A stretch of 64,000 nucleotides of DNA, from the NCBI GenBank assembly GCA_015680685.1, contig MNCI01001268.1, positions 294,640-358,639 on the forward strand, given 5' to 3'. Origin of the DNA: Gnetum montanum (taxonomy: Eukaryota; Plantae; Gnetophyta). The position numbers were made by a program, and so were the translations under genes. The notes below the pieces were generated by a model. That model was not told the origin of the DNA and ran no database searches. It saw only the letters and a list, made by a program, of their open reading frames with translations. How positions within the stretch are numbered: the stretch's first letter is position 1; each line of letters starts with the position of its first letter. This document shows positions 52,585 through 64,000 of this stretch, one piece after another.

Positions 52585-53460
52585 AGTTAGTACCTTAATT
52601 GACAATGGGGTAATTCATTATTATATGGTTCTATCCACAGCAAGGGACTTATAGCTAGATGTGGATCTAGTCCAAGCTTCCTATAAACTTGCAAATTTTT
52701 AGCCCAATTGATGTATTAGTATTAGCTAAAATGTTTTAGGGAAAGTGGACTCTTGGCATGGAGTTCTTGACTTTTCAATTTTGAATATGGATTACTTTGT
52801 TCTTATTTTGGCATAGGATTTCTAACGTAAGACATAAGTTTTCACAGCTCCACATTTAGACCTAATCTTCATATTTCATGAGAGCTTTCCTTACTTGATT
52901 CAGACTCACAAGGCATAAACAAGAAAGGATGAGAAGCCTAGTCCCTAAATTATATCTCAAATGGTTATGAAATGCTTGGTTAGAGATCCCACATGCAAAT
53001 TCTTCTTAGTTATCCAAACTGGCAATTCCATTGAGGCTAGTGAGCCTCAATTAAGTTGCGATTCACAAATTTCCTAGGCTCTAGACTACTTTTATAATGT
53101 TATATCACTAGAACTACCTCAAAATCTACTGTGATGAAAGTGGTAGAACACAAAATAGAGTTATTACATGGTACTACCCCTTCTATTCAAAGACCATATC
53201 TTTTTACAGGGCCAAAGTTGGAAGAGCTGAAGAGACAACATGAAAGTCTAATTTCCAAAGGATACATTCATTCCTTAAAATCCCCTTATGATGCACTAGT
53301 ATTGTTCGTCACCAAGGAGGATGGACCATTTTTTCTTTGTTATGACTACATGTTGTTCAACAAGCACACTATAAAGAATAAGTATCAAGTGCCTCTAAGT
53401 TTTGATTTGTTTAATCACCTAACTAAGGCACATTATTTTACCTAGCTAGAGCTTTGCCAA
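52585..53460 (+). mobile_element. Ty3/gypsy protease to RT N-terminus fragment
   Basis: LIDNGVIHYY (protease) and VEHKIELLHGTTPSIQRPY...SPYDALVLFVTKEDG...IKNKYQVP (RT start). Ends abruptly at the viral sequence. Confidence 0.8.
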
Positions 53461-53463
53461 AGA

Positions 53464-53676
53464 TTTATTTACAAGGGATAATTACTCCAAGGCCATAACC
53501 CTTTGAAAGTGAGTGAAGCTAGCCAAGATCTTCACTCGCACAAATACCAATACAAGGCCTAGATCCTCTTAATGAGGACCCTACATATCAACTCATTCTA
53601 ATGCAAGTAAAATAGTTAGAGCATAAATTAGATATGTAATCTGGTTTTCTCTTTGTGTTTGCTATGCTTTATATAG
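53464..53676 (-). promoter_or_regulatory. Putative pregenomic-RNA promoter TATA box and polyadenylation signal
   Basis: CTATATAAA (53668-53676) then AATAAA (53464-53469) about 200 nt downstream, right after the last ORF, as in caulimovirid terminal redundancy. Confidence 0.6.
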
Positions 53677-53843
53677 AAGAGGATAAGTCCTCTAGATACT
53701 TTTAAAGATATGCTCTAGCACATCAATACTACAAGAGCCATCATGACATGATCCACTTTTCAAAGTGGAGACACTATTACATATAATGGAGGTATTGTGC
53801 AAGGAATCATTACTATACATTAGTGGCCAACAACATCTTTCTT

Positions 53844-54730
53844 TTAATCAAAAGGGATCTGGTCAGAGTCCACATTGACCAACCTATTTCTATCATCAGC
53901 ATCACTACTAGATGATGGAAATATCCTTAGGAATGAGAAATGCATGTTAGTAGAAAATAAGGTTCTTTCATGAACTCCTATTACACGGAACTCTTGAAGG
54001 CAACAATCAAGATTATCCACTTCAATAGCCCTAGTAGTCCTTTGGTTTCATTCACAGTGTTGGAGGATGTCATAGGAGTTTGCAGTATAGGCATCCTGAT
54101 AGAATGCATACCCCCATGAATTTGTCCAATCAATTCCCCTTGAAATGTAGGTGATTAGGATATACATTGGACTGGATTCTTAATTTATTAGGTGCCAACC
54201 TCTAGATTAAGGGTTGCTGTAATACAAGTAATCTTCAAGATGTTTAGTAAGGTGATGATATAGATGATAGGGATAACGATCAGGGATATAACAAGTGTTG
54301 TGCCCATATTTGGGCCACTAAGACCAGAATTCTTTAAAATCAGTTTGAGAGAGAGGGTTTAAGTCTATTCTATACATATGGAATGGGCTTGGTTGATATA
54401 AAGGCCATTTTAGCATTTGGGGACTAAATCATTGACCAAAATCTAATAGGTTTAGTTCAACATAAGTGCATAAGGAAACATAAGTAGGAATTACTATAGC
54501 TTCCCGATTTGAGGTATGGACTTAATAGCTGACTATGGCATAAGGACTTATGACTTTGGTGACAAACAAGAAATATTTCCAGTTGGTTTCATGTGTAGAA
54601 CTTATTTGGGATTGTTCTAAAATAAGCATATAGACTTCTCTAATTCTATAGGCTCTAATACGGTTGGAAGATCTAAGATTCCAACCTTCATCTCTCAATA
54701 AATCTAGAAAAATAAAATCAATTATCAGTA
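53844..54730 (-). pseudogene. Decayed ~295-codon ORF of unknown function downstream of viral RNase H
   Basis: One frame without frameshift from IDFIFLDLLRDEGWNLRSSNRIRAYRIREVY to VNVDSDQIPFD*. Only six internal stops, each one transition from a sense codon. Confidence 0.65.
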
Positions 54731-55990
54731 GTAAAGAGTTGGAACTCTTTGGTGAGAAAATCTACTAAACTATTTTGTCTACCATTAATATACTCTATTT
54801 GAAAATCAAAATTAACAAGAAATAATGGCCATCAAATAAGTTGATTATGAGCAACCTTATTTAGAACTTTAGAGCCAAGATATTTATCAAAATGCTTTAA
54901 GTCACTATGTATTATAAAATGTGTACTTTGTAAAAATAATTTAAACTTTTTCACACCTTTAACAATGGCTAACAACTCTTTATGAGTGCTATGGTAATTG
55001 AGTTGTGCATCATTAAACTTACTAGAGGCGTAATGACAAATTCTAATAACATTATCCTTTTTCTCTTTTAGGGTAGCTCCCCAAAAGTCTTTAGAAGCAT
55101 CGATTTTAAGGATTAACTTACCATCTATAGGTAATTGGAGTTTTGGTAGGTTTTTTGCATTTTTCTTTAATTTTCTTAATCATGGCTGTGTGTCTTTCTG
55201 ACCATGGAGGATTAGTTTGGCTAAGTCTTTCATTGAGCAGTTTTCTGTCTTCAATAAGATGTTCATAAAACCTAGAGACATAGTTGATACATTCTAAAAA
55301 TCATTGTAGTTGGGTTTTATCATGGATCTCATTAGGGAATTTTGAAATATATTCTAAAATATGATTTTGTAGGCTAATCCCACCATGGGAAATTTCTAGA
55401 CCAAGAAATTCAATCTATTCCTTGGCTACTTGCATTTTGGTTGGGAATAGAACTAATCTTGTGTTGTCTATAATTTTAAAGAATTGTTCCAGATGAGAAA
55501 GATGTTCATTCAAAGTTTTACTCAGGATGAGAATGTCATCAATATAAATTAGGATAAAAGGATATGTTCCAAAAATAGAATCCATTTTTTGTTGAAATAT
55601 CAAAGGAGCTATTTTTATCCCAAATAGTAATACTTTCCATTAATATAATCCTCCAGGCATTATGAATGCTATTTTCCATCTATCTTCTTCTTCCAACTGA
55701 ATCTACCAAAATCTTGATTTTAGATCAAATTTAGAATGTACATGAGTGTGGAGTAAATTCTGGAAAAGATCATCTTTGCTAGGTATTAGATGCTGGACTA
55801 CTTTGATGATTTCATTTAGAGGCTTGTAGTTTACCACTAGTTGTTTTTTTTCTCTTACAATCTTAGCAGCACAAGTAAAAATACTTGTACTTGGTTCTAT
55901 AAGGTCTTTTCTTGGTAACATTTTTATTTCTTCATCACACTCTTGTTTTAATGATGGACGCATACCTATATGATGTGCCTTAGCTTTGAC
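54718..55990 (-). pseudogene. Caulimovirid reverse transcriptase / RNase H
   Basis: LVVNYKPLN, SKFDLKSRFW, YIDDILIL, LKIDASKDFWGATL, NYHSTHKELLAIVKGVKKF and FDFQIEYINGRQNSLVDFLTKE. Confidence 0.92.
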
Positions 55991-56229
55991 CTTGACACCA
56001 TCTTTAAGCTTAGTATGACACCAATATGTTTTCTTATGTCTAAAGATAGTTGAGTTGTCTAAAGCTAGTATGAGAAGCTTTTCTTATTTCTTGAATCTTT
56101 TCCTTGTGCAACTCTATGCTATTTACTAGCCATGTACTTGTATTAGTTTTTTGAGGTTTTGGTGTGAAAATTTTTTGCTGATATGTGCTATTCATGTAAA
56201 ACCTATGTGCTTTTAATTGTACGTAATTA

Positions 56230-56585
56230 CTTCCTATTGTATAAGGTTCGTACTACCTAAGATTATTTGTACCTATCAATAGATCATATGTATGCATGTT
56301 ATAACAATAAACTAAAAATTATATAATTGGTCCTTCTTGCATTTTTATTGGTATTTTGGCAGTGTATTCTAGAGCGGCCTTTTGTTTATCAAAAGTGACA
56401 TACCTTTTATCTTGTTTTTGCCAAAAATGTCTAGGAATGGAGGACCATCTAGCAAGAGATATTTTAGCTTCGTTGTCTAATAATGCATCTACATTGTATG
56501 GTTTATATGATGGAAAATTTACTTGAGAAGTTACCAGTGGTAGTGTAGTGTTGTTTTCATTGCTATTAACTAGCTGGATAGGCAT
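56230..56585 (-). pseudogene. Caulimovirid aspartic protease
   Basis: FPSYKPYNVDALLDNEAKISLARWSSIPRHFW...YDLLIGTNN (decayed LDTGA motif) upstream of RT. Confidence 0.75.
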
Positions 56586-56917
56586 GGATTTTGTTTCTTT
56601 TTCATACTATTATCTTTGAAAACTCTCTTCTTCTTTTTCTAATTCTTCTAACTCAATTGCCCATTGGATGTACTTCCATAGCTGCTCTATCTTGTATAAA
56701 CAAGTTATAGACTTTGGCATTTGCTCTATTGTTTCTTGATGATGTTTTATTTTCATATTTAATTAAGCTTTTAATTTTGTTTCTATTTCCAATGGTTATG
56801 AATTAGGATATTTTAATAACATTTATCTAAGGCTATACTCTTAGCTAGATAACTCTTGTTTTTGTCATTTAGTTATTTTTTAGAGGCATGATTCTATTTA
56901 TATTTTCTATTATAGTT

Positions 56918-57085
56918 ATATCTAATTTATGCTCTAACTATTTTACTTATGTCAGAATGAGTTAATATGTGGAATCCTCATTAAGTGGATCTAGATCTTG
57001 TGTTGGTGTTTGTGTCAATGGGGATCTTAGCTAGCTTGACTCACTTTCAAAGTGTTGTGGCCTTGGAGTGATTATCCTTCATAAA
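56918..57085 (+). repeat. Inverted copy of the viral leader segment 53468-53635
   Basis: ATATCTAATTTATGCTCTAACTATTTTACTT...CTCACTTTCAAAG...GGCCTTGGAGT matches the reverse complement of 53468-53635 over ~170 bp. Confidence 0.9.
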
Positions 57086-57089
57086 GGCC

Positions 57090-58780
57090 ATCTATGTGAG
57101 AGTCTATTCATAGTGCAGCAATATACATCGCCATCTGATTTGTCACCATTAGCAAATCCATCAACTCCATCAACAAATCCATCAACTCCCCTTGTAGAAG
57201 AAAGAGCATTGTCTCCAGAATTAGAGGGTGAAGACTATTCATCATATTACATATAAATATCTCAAGATTCAAATGGACACATAGCATCATTCACATAATC
57301 ATAATATTTTTTAGAGAGATTTAAATCTTGGATGAAATTAACCTATTTAGGGTACCTATCCTTTTTGGGACACTTGTTGGCATAATGATTGCCTTTATAG
57401 ATATAACATTTGATCTGTTCATCAAATAAATGTTTTTTCTGGCACTTGAACATACCTTTAAACACTTTATCAAAATAAGGATGTGAGGGATGTTTAGACC
57501 AAATAGATCGTTGTTTAGGTCTTCAGTGTTTGCAGACTTTACCTTTATCCTTTGAACTAGAGCAACATGATTTTGACCATTTATGTTTAGGAAAAATCTT
57601 CAAGTAGAAATTTTTCCCAAATTTATGATTAATCTTTTTCATAACATCTTGTGCGCGTATATCCTAGAATAGTTCTCTATTTACTTTAGTTATTAATTGC
57701 CTAATATAATTAAAACTTACATCATCTAAAGTTCTATTTCGTAGCTTAATTTCATGTTGATATTTTTCTGTGAATGATTGAGGCATAGCTTCCAGTAGGT
57801 GTTCTTTGGTTGCATGGTCCTATGTTAGCCTTCCTTTATAATATCAAGATTTCATTTGGTCAAGAAACTTGTCAACATCTTGAATCCTGTGTAATTTTGT
57901 AGAAAAATACCATTCTCTACAGTCAGTTACCATATTTTTTTGTTCCTTCAAAATTCTTTTATTATGGCACTAAGAAAGATGATGGTAGGGCTATTTAAAA
58001 TTTTTTCTTTTATATCTTTTTCGATTTGATTCCACCATCTCCTAAGATTCCCAGTAAAGTTAAACATAGTATTTTAGATTGCATGTCAGGATGACCTTTT
58101 ATCTAATAAGACTTAACATTCTAAGAATCTGGCAATTCGATCAACTACAATTTGTCTTTCTTCTAGATTTAGACCATCCATGTTAAATTTAGGAGCTCTT
58201 TCACTAATAGCTCAAGAAGACATATTCTAATATTCTTTAGGATTGGTTTCATAATAATCATGAGATCTTAACATCTCATCTACTCCCTCTTCTACTAATG
58301 ATCTTGGTGGTGGTTCTACATCTTTAGCATTAGAGGTTATTACCATAGGTCTTGATGTAGACTCTTCATTCATGTTTATCCTACTTTTTCCTTTTTAGAG
58401 GCAAGAGTATCATGGTTTATAATCTAGTTGTGAGCTTGGGGAATCTAGGTTAGTACCATAATCAGGAAAACCATACTTAAGAACTTTCTTGTCAGTTTAT
58501 GCTTCTTTTTTCTTAGGTAATGGTTTTTGAGTTTTTACTTTACTATAAATATTTTCTAATATTTGCTTATTTTTTAATATTTTAGCCTCTATACCATAGT
58601 TCTATCCTAAAACATCACTTAATTTATCATTCATCCAATTTTGGAGCCTAATGATATCTTTTGGCATATCTACAAAGGGTTTTTGATATAATCTATACAC
58701 TACTTCCCTAGGTTTTTTCTCTTCTTTAGAAGGCTTGGTGTTTCTGTGGGTCCAGTTCCAATACTAGTATTCATTTCTAC
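57090..58780 (-). pseudogene. Caulimovirid coat-protein region with zinc knuckle and acidic tail
   Basis: DIIRLQNWMNDKL, MFNFTGNLRRWWNQIEKDIKEKIL and KCYIYKGNHYANKCP (~57365-57410), then a D/S/G-rich tail. Confidence 0.7.
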
Positions 58781-58849
58781 CCTTAATAGTGCATCACATT
58801 CTACACAATGATATTTTTTATTGTACTTTACTATAGATTTATGTGGATA

Positions 58850-60062
58850 GCTATTATGGAACCCTTATAGCACTTTTTCTATCATGGAAGATGTTTCTAT
58901 TTGTTCAAGAACACAGGGTTCATTGTGTTCTAATAATGTTTTACCCTTATCATTCCTTGAAAAAAGAGTCAGATAGCACCAGTAGATACAATACAGTTAC
59001 AAAATTAGGCAAATCAACGCATATTAAATATAGAAGGTACTACACATAGCATAAAATTAGATACACAAAAATTAGTAGAAACAAGTGAGAAACGTAGCAA
59101 TTCTCTAGAATGTTTAAGATAGGATTTAAAACAAGTCCACCAATTATGGGTTCCAAAGCAAAAACAACCAGCTAACTATTCTCAATCCAAAAAAACTATC
59201 CCTCTTAGTTCTTCTAGCCTCCTCCTTCTATAGGAAAATCACATAGAGCTAGATAGAGATGAAAAGAGAAAGAAAGAAAGGGAAAGAAAAATTGGTAAGT
59301 ATAAACATGGGAAACCCTGATTTAGCTTCAGAAGCTAATGGAGAAAAAGAAGCTTCACTTGACAATGAAGAAGAATTCTTAGTAAAATAAACTAGTGGAG
59401 CCTCTTATGAAAATCCTATTGATCTTTCTACTATTTAAACGAGAAAATTAGCAAACAAGGCACTAGTTTTCTCCATGGACAATAAGGACATGAAAGGTAG
59501 ATAGAAACTATTGATGCAATACAAAGTTATTTGTCTATACAAATCTTACTTGAAAAAAAAGATTCCTATATGGCTATTTGGAATACTACATACAATTTTA
59601 GGGGTATCTTATTACGATGGTGGCATCATATCCCTGATGCTATTAAAAGAAAATTACTAAATGCTCTTATAGTAGTATTTTTAAATGTCATTATTAAGGA
59701 ATTTATAGACGATACATAAAGTAAAGACAAATTTTATCGAGATGGCTATTACAAGGAAAGATTACATTGTATACAAGATCTACCTAGATTTCTAGAATGA
59801 TATGGAAGAGCTATATTATAACAGCAAACTAACACATGAGGTAGGTTCCAAAGAACATTTGATAGGTTGTTTACCTCAACCATTCTACAACAAGTATCTT
59901 GCAGAATTAAATTGACAAAATCTCATCTTAGTAGAAATAAGCTTTGGGGCTATATGAAAATTTCTCATGAACATAAATAGAGAAATCTACTACGATCAGC
60001 AAACACAAAAACAAATAAAAAAAATTAACTAGTAAAATAGGTAAATCATTATGCTTAGAGTT
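58850..60062 (+). mobile_element. Endogenous caulimovirid copy 2 (coat-protein N-terminal region), cut by an Athila LTR
   Basis: DTIQLQN*ANQRIL and IWNTTYNFRGILLRWWHHIPDAIKRKLLNA...IIKEF are homologous to copy 1 but on the opposite strand. Confidence 0.75.
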
Positions 60063-63000
60063 TGATGAGTTGCGAGGTACCCCTACACTCAACCATACAA
60101 ATACGAGCGTTTCACATGCAATCCGGTTGAACTCCAAGGACTAAGTGCTTACGCGCCTTAATAGAACACTCAGGGTTAATGAATTGCTGTCTTCCCAAAC
60201 TTACTTGTATTGTCACGGTTGTATGGTTAAGTAAGCTTGAGGTACATGATTTTTATAACTTTTATCTTTTTAATGTCTTATGCTAATAAGGGAAGGTAAG
60301 GAGAACTAAGTGACTAACTTTCATTAACTATTCACTAACTAAGTTCTAATTGTTCCTAACACCAGTATCCATTCCCACTTGCCGCACACATCCTGAACTA
60401 GTGCAACACTGCTGGGATTACCAAATGCTACTTGTTATTGGGTTACCAAGTGCTACACACATGCTCGAAGCGATCGTACTGAGTGTACTTAACTAGGAGA
60501 GTCAAGGGTTGAGAGAAACAGTAATTAACTAGGAAAGCATTTAAATATTCAATAATAATTAATTACTATTTAGCTTAATCTGTATGTTGCAAGGTTTATC
60601 ATAAAGTTCATCTTTATTTCCATACACAAATGTGTGCTCAGGTACAATTTGCTGAAATAAAGATCCGTTCACTCTATGACTCCTACTACGGGCACATGCA
60701 AATTATTCTAACTCTGGAATGGTAAACCTGCAAGAGTTTGGCTAAGGGTATAAGTCTAACTCCCCAAACAAGGGAAGCTGCCTCTTATTTATAGAAAATG
60801 AGGTAGGACTCGATATCGCGTGGCAGACGTGATATCGCGGATGCAATATCGTGGCTCATCATACCCCCATGAATGAATGAAAACTCATCCTCGAGTTCTT
60901 TACAAAATATTGGGATGGTATGGGATTATTGACTTGAATGACACTAATGGTGAATGGGGTGACACGTGAATGGATCATCATTACAATACATGGCAATATT
61001 AGTGTTCATGACCACAAGAGTGAACACTATACACATTTAACATCTAACCTTATTTGACAGTTGAGAGAGAAGAGAGAAGAGAGAGAGAGAAGAAAAAGTC
61101 TGTTGCTACCGACGCCAAGATTGTGCTTTTTGTTGGCCATCCATAAGCGTGCCATCAATCCTGTTCCTTGCATAACTGTTCCAGTACCAGTCCATTCTAA
61201 GTGTTCCCTTTAGGTCCAATACATTGTTGTATGATTGCCATCTACACACACAACACAGTCTCATATTATCAAGGATAAATAAATCATAATGCAGTTGATA
61301 CCTTGCCTCGGTGTAAGGTCCATTGGCTAAGTTGTGATATGGCTAATGCGGATTCTGGAGATATAACATTGGTGACTATCCAAGGTGTAGGGGTTAAGAG
61401 AAAATTGAAAAAATTGGACCAGGACCCCGATGACTAAGAACAATCCTCTGGTAGTGATAGAATGAAAAAAGATAAGGGATAAGAAAGATGGAGAAAAAGA
61501 AACAACATCAACACCAATAAAATGGATGTCAGAAGTGGAAATGAAAAAATTAACTATTGAGTATGGAAATGTTTAAGGGAAAGAAGTTAACTGATGCACC
61601 AAATAGGAATGCCAGTGGGTCTTCCCCAAAGCAGGCTCATGCCTATTATGCCCTAACAAACCCACATTCAAAGAGTCCGTAGGCTTTGAAAAATGTCATT
61701 TAGAAGCAAGAGTCAAGGTCTTAACCATAAGAATTTACCAAAAAGAAAACAATGTATCAACTAAAATATAGACTACTGATACAACCGACAATGAGGTGGA
61801 AAATGGGGAAAGTAGGATGGAAAGAAGAGACTGGAATGTAGTCTCAAGAACAAGGTGGTGTACAACCCCATGCGTATTAATAGTTAATGTAACTTAGTAG
61901 ATCTCATTCCAAATCTAGCCTCAAACAATCCATATCCAGTGACTTCAAATTAATACATTTGGCCAATCTATCCATGTGAAGTAACAGGAATGCTTGCGCC
62001 AAAAAGTCACCACCATTCAAAACAAGCAAGAGAGGGACAAGTAGGAAGCGAGAAAGGGCCTTAGTTAGAGAGAACATGTTTTCTTAGTTCCATAACCAGT
62101 GCTTGTAGCCCAGATGATTATTTGGTCTAAGGGGTGTGCTTTGAATTCTCACTTTTTCTCTTTTCTTCTTTTTTTTTCTTTTTTCTTTTTTTTTTGGCGT
62201 GAGAACCACACCATGCAAAGACTTATTATTATTTTTATTAGCTCAGCTTACTGATAATCGAGCAATGTTAGAATGGTAAGGAAAACTTCAAGAAGAAAAC
62301 ATCCAAGCACCCAAGAGAATGGCCAGCACAAATGCATCAAATCCCCTTGAAGTCACGCCATTTTCAATCGTTGAGTCCTTTCTTAGTTTGAGAAATGCCC
62401 AGTCACCAATTTGTTGATAGTTCTATAAAATTAAAGAAAGGGACTGTACAGTTCCAAGCCAAGAGAGACCATAGAAATTCATGGATGCATGGACGACGTG
62501 GACTCATTGCCTATTATATCAAAAAAACCATACCTTAGTATCAACATTATAACTCAAAGGTAAAAACCAAACATTAGCAATCAATAGAATACAGTTCATA
62601 CCACCCTCAGGAGTACTTATTAGGTGACAAACCTAACAACACAAACAACTACACAAAGAAATGAAAAAGTATGAACGATCTTGCAAAACAAAAACAAGAA
62701 AAGTTAAAGAAATTTGTAAAATAAAAAATGTGTAAAACAAAAACTTAAAAAGGAACTGAGGGCCTCAAATGATCAGCAGAGATGGCCATCTCCCCCATGA
62801 CTAAGTTGGAAGGGGGAGATGCAAAATAATGATCAAGGTCATCCCTTCTCAAAGGTATTATGTGCACTGGCCTTTCTAAGTTCATGGAAGGGTTTGGCTC
62901 ATTACACATTGACTAGTAATCTCTTATTATGGTTTTTGTCTGACTTTTTAGGAATTTCCAACTTCCCCCAATTGATGTTTCCTAGGTTAAGGTTTGGAAG

Positions 63001-64000
63001 TTGGTGATGCTCTTGCTCTAGTGCATCTATGCTTTCGACATGAGTGCAAGTTATTCCCTCAGTTAGTTCCATGCATGTTGGTGAGTTGCTCTCTTGATTA
63101 GTTATTAAGCACTAGGTGTCTTCTTGTTGTGTGGTTGCTACATACAGGCAGTTTTGTATGTTAATTTCTTGTGCACATTGGTTGCATGCAGGCAATGTTG
63201 AATATTCCTACATGCAATCACACCCTATATCACTATATGTGATGCATGGAACCTTCTTCTTCTCGATCTTCCCAAATTTTTTTTCCTTAGATATTTCCAG
63301 GGAAAGATCGTGGATTCCTAGGCACGCATTTATGGTACTTAGCCATTCCCTTCCCATGATTATTGGGAAGTCCCCTTTATCATTGTTTACTTGTATCACT
63401 AGGAAATCAGTTGGGTATGACCACCCACACACAGTGGTAACGATGTCCTCCACTAGTCCCAAGGGAACAGTGATGGATTAATCGGCCAACTTTAGGCAAA
63501 TATTTATCTTCTTTAATGGAGGTAGGTTCTAGGCTTTGTACATCTCTTGAGATATTAAATTGACTCTAGAACCAAAGTCCAAAAGGGCTTTACATGGCTC
63601 ATTCCCAGCGACTTGGAGATAGATTAAAGGGCTTCCAAGATCAGATAATTTCCTGGGAAGGTGGCCCATCTTAATCCAATCAATAACACCATGCATTAAC
63701 ATAACCATATGTGTTGAGCTCGGGGTTTGGTTTGAAGGGAGCTCTAAAGCCTTAATTGATGGGGAGGTATTCAAAGGTTCAACCGCTTGTGGTTGTGAGG
63801 GGTTGGTTGGACTGTTGGTTCTGAAGAAAGGTCTTCTCTTCATACGATTGTCAGAACCAGCAGCAGGTTGAAGATTTATAGCCCTCATGGCATTGTGTTG
63901 CTAAGGTTGAGTGGGGAGTTCCCCCTGCATTGCTAGAGCAGGTGGTAATGGAGCTATTGGCGTGAGAGTTGTGGATGGATTTGGAGGATGATATGTCTAT
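60063..64000 (-). mobile_element. Athila-like element with RT-RH-IN deleted; extends beyond the window
   Basis: 3' LTR 60063-60861 and PPT 60862-60876. The 3' non-coding region is homologous to 45000-46640 and gag/protease to 41020-42055 (GNEPCKALLD). Protease region is fused directly to the integrase tail. Confidence 0.9.

Larger units (their letters stand above)
53460..58800 (-). mobile_element. Endogenous caulimovirid (plant pararetrovirus) sequence, copy 1
   Basis: Minus-strand order is coiled coil/CP, zinc knuckle, AP, RT, RH, extra ORF, TATA, AATAAA. No integrase or LTR pair. RT has the caulimovirid signatures SKFDLKSRFW and IFQQKMDSIF...IYIDDILILS. Confidence 0.9.

Overview
Repeat-dense, AT-rich and CpG-depleted plant nuclear DNA with two N gaps (14897-15576, 45497-45735). 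I found no intact protein-coding gene. Most of the window is nested, decayed LTR retrotransposons: several Athila-like Ty3/gypsy elements (one structurally complete copy at 37722-47570, two pol-less derivatives, a solo LTR), a Tat/Ogre-like element, a Galadriel-like chromovirus, other gypsy and copia remnants, and an RTE-type LINE fragment. Three things stand out. (1) An endogenous caulimovirid cluster at about 53.46-60.06 kb has CP-AP-RT-RH, a TATA/polyA module, a decayed ~295-codon ORF after RNase H that I cannot assign, an inverted copy of its leader inside the polyprotein, and a second divergent copy head-to-head. (2) A CpG-rich island (about 26.45-27.77 plus 33.02-34.95 kb) is a mosaic of short host-gene fragments in both orientations: two CYP75/F3'H-like pieces, a nepenthesin-like aspartic protease piece and isolated exons. 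(3) A ~1.9 kb foldback inverted repeat at 47.7-49.6 kb has inward-facing TATA boxes. All assignments come from manual translation and motif recognition, with no database searches. Boundaries not fixed by TSDs or LTR termini are approximate.
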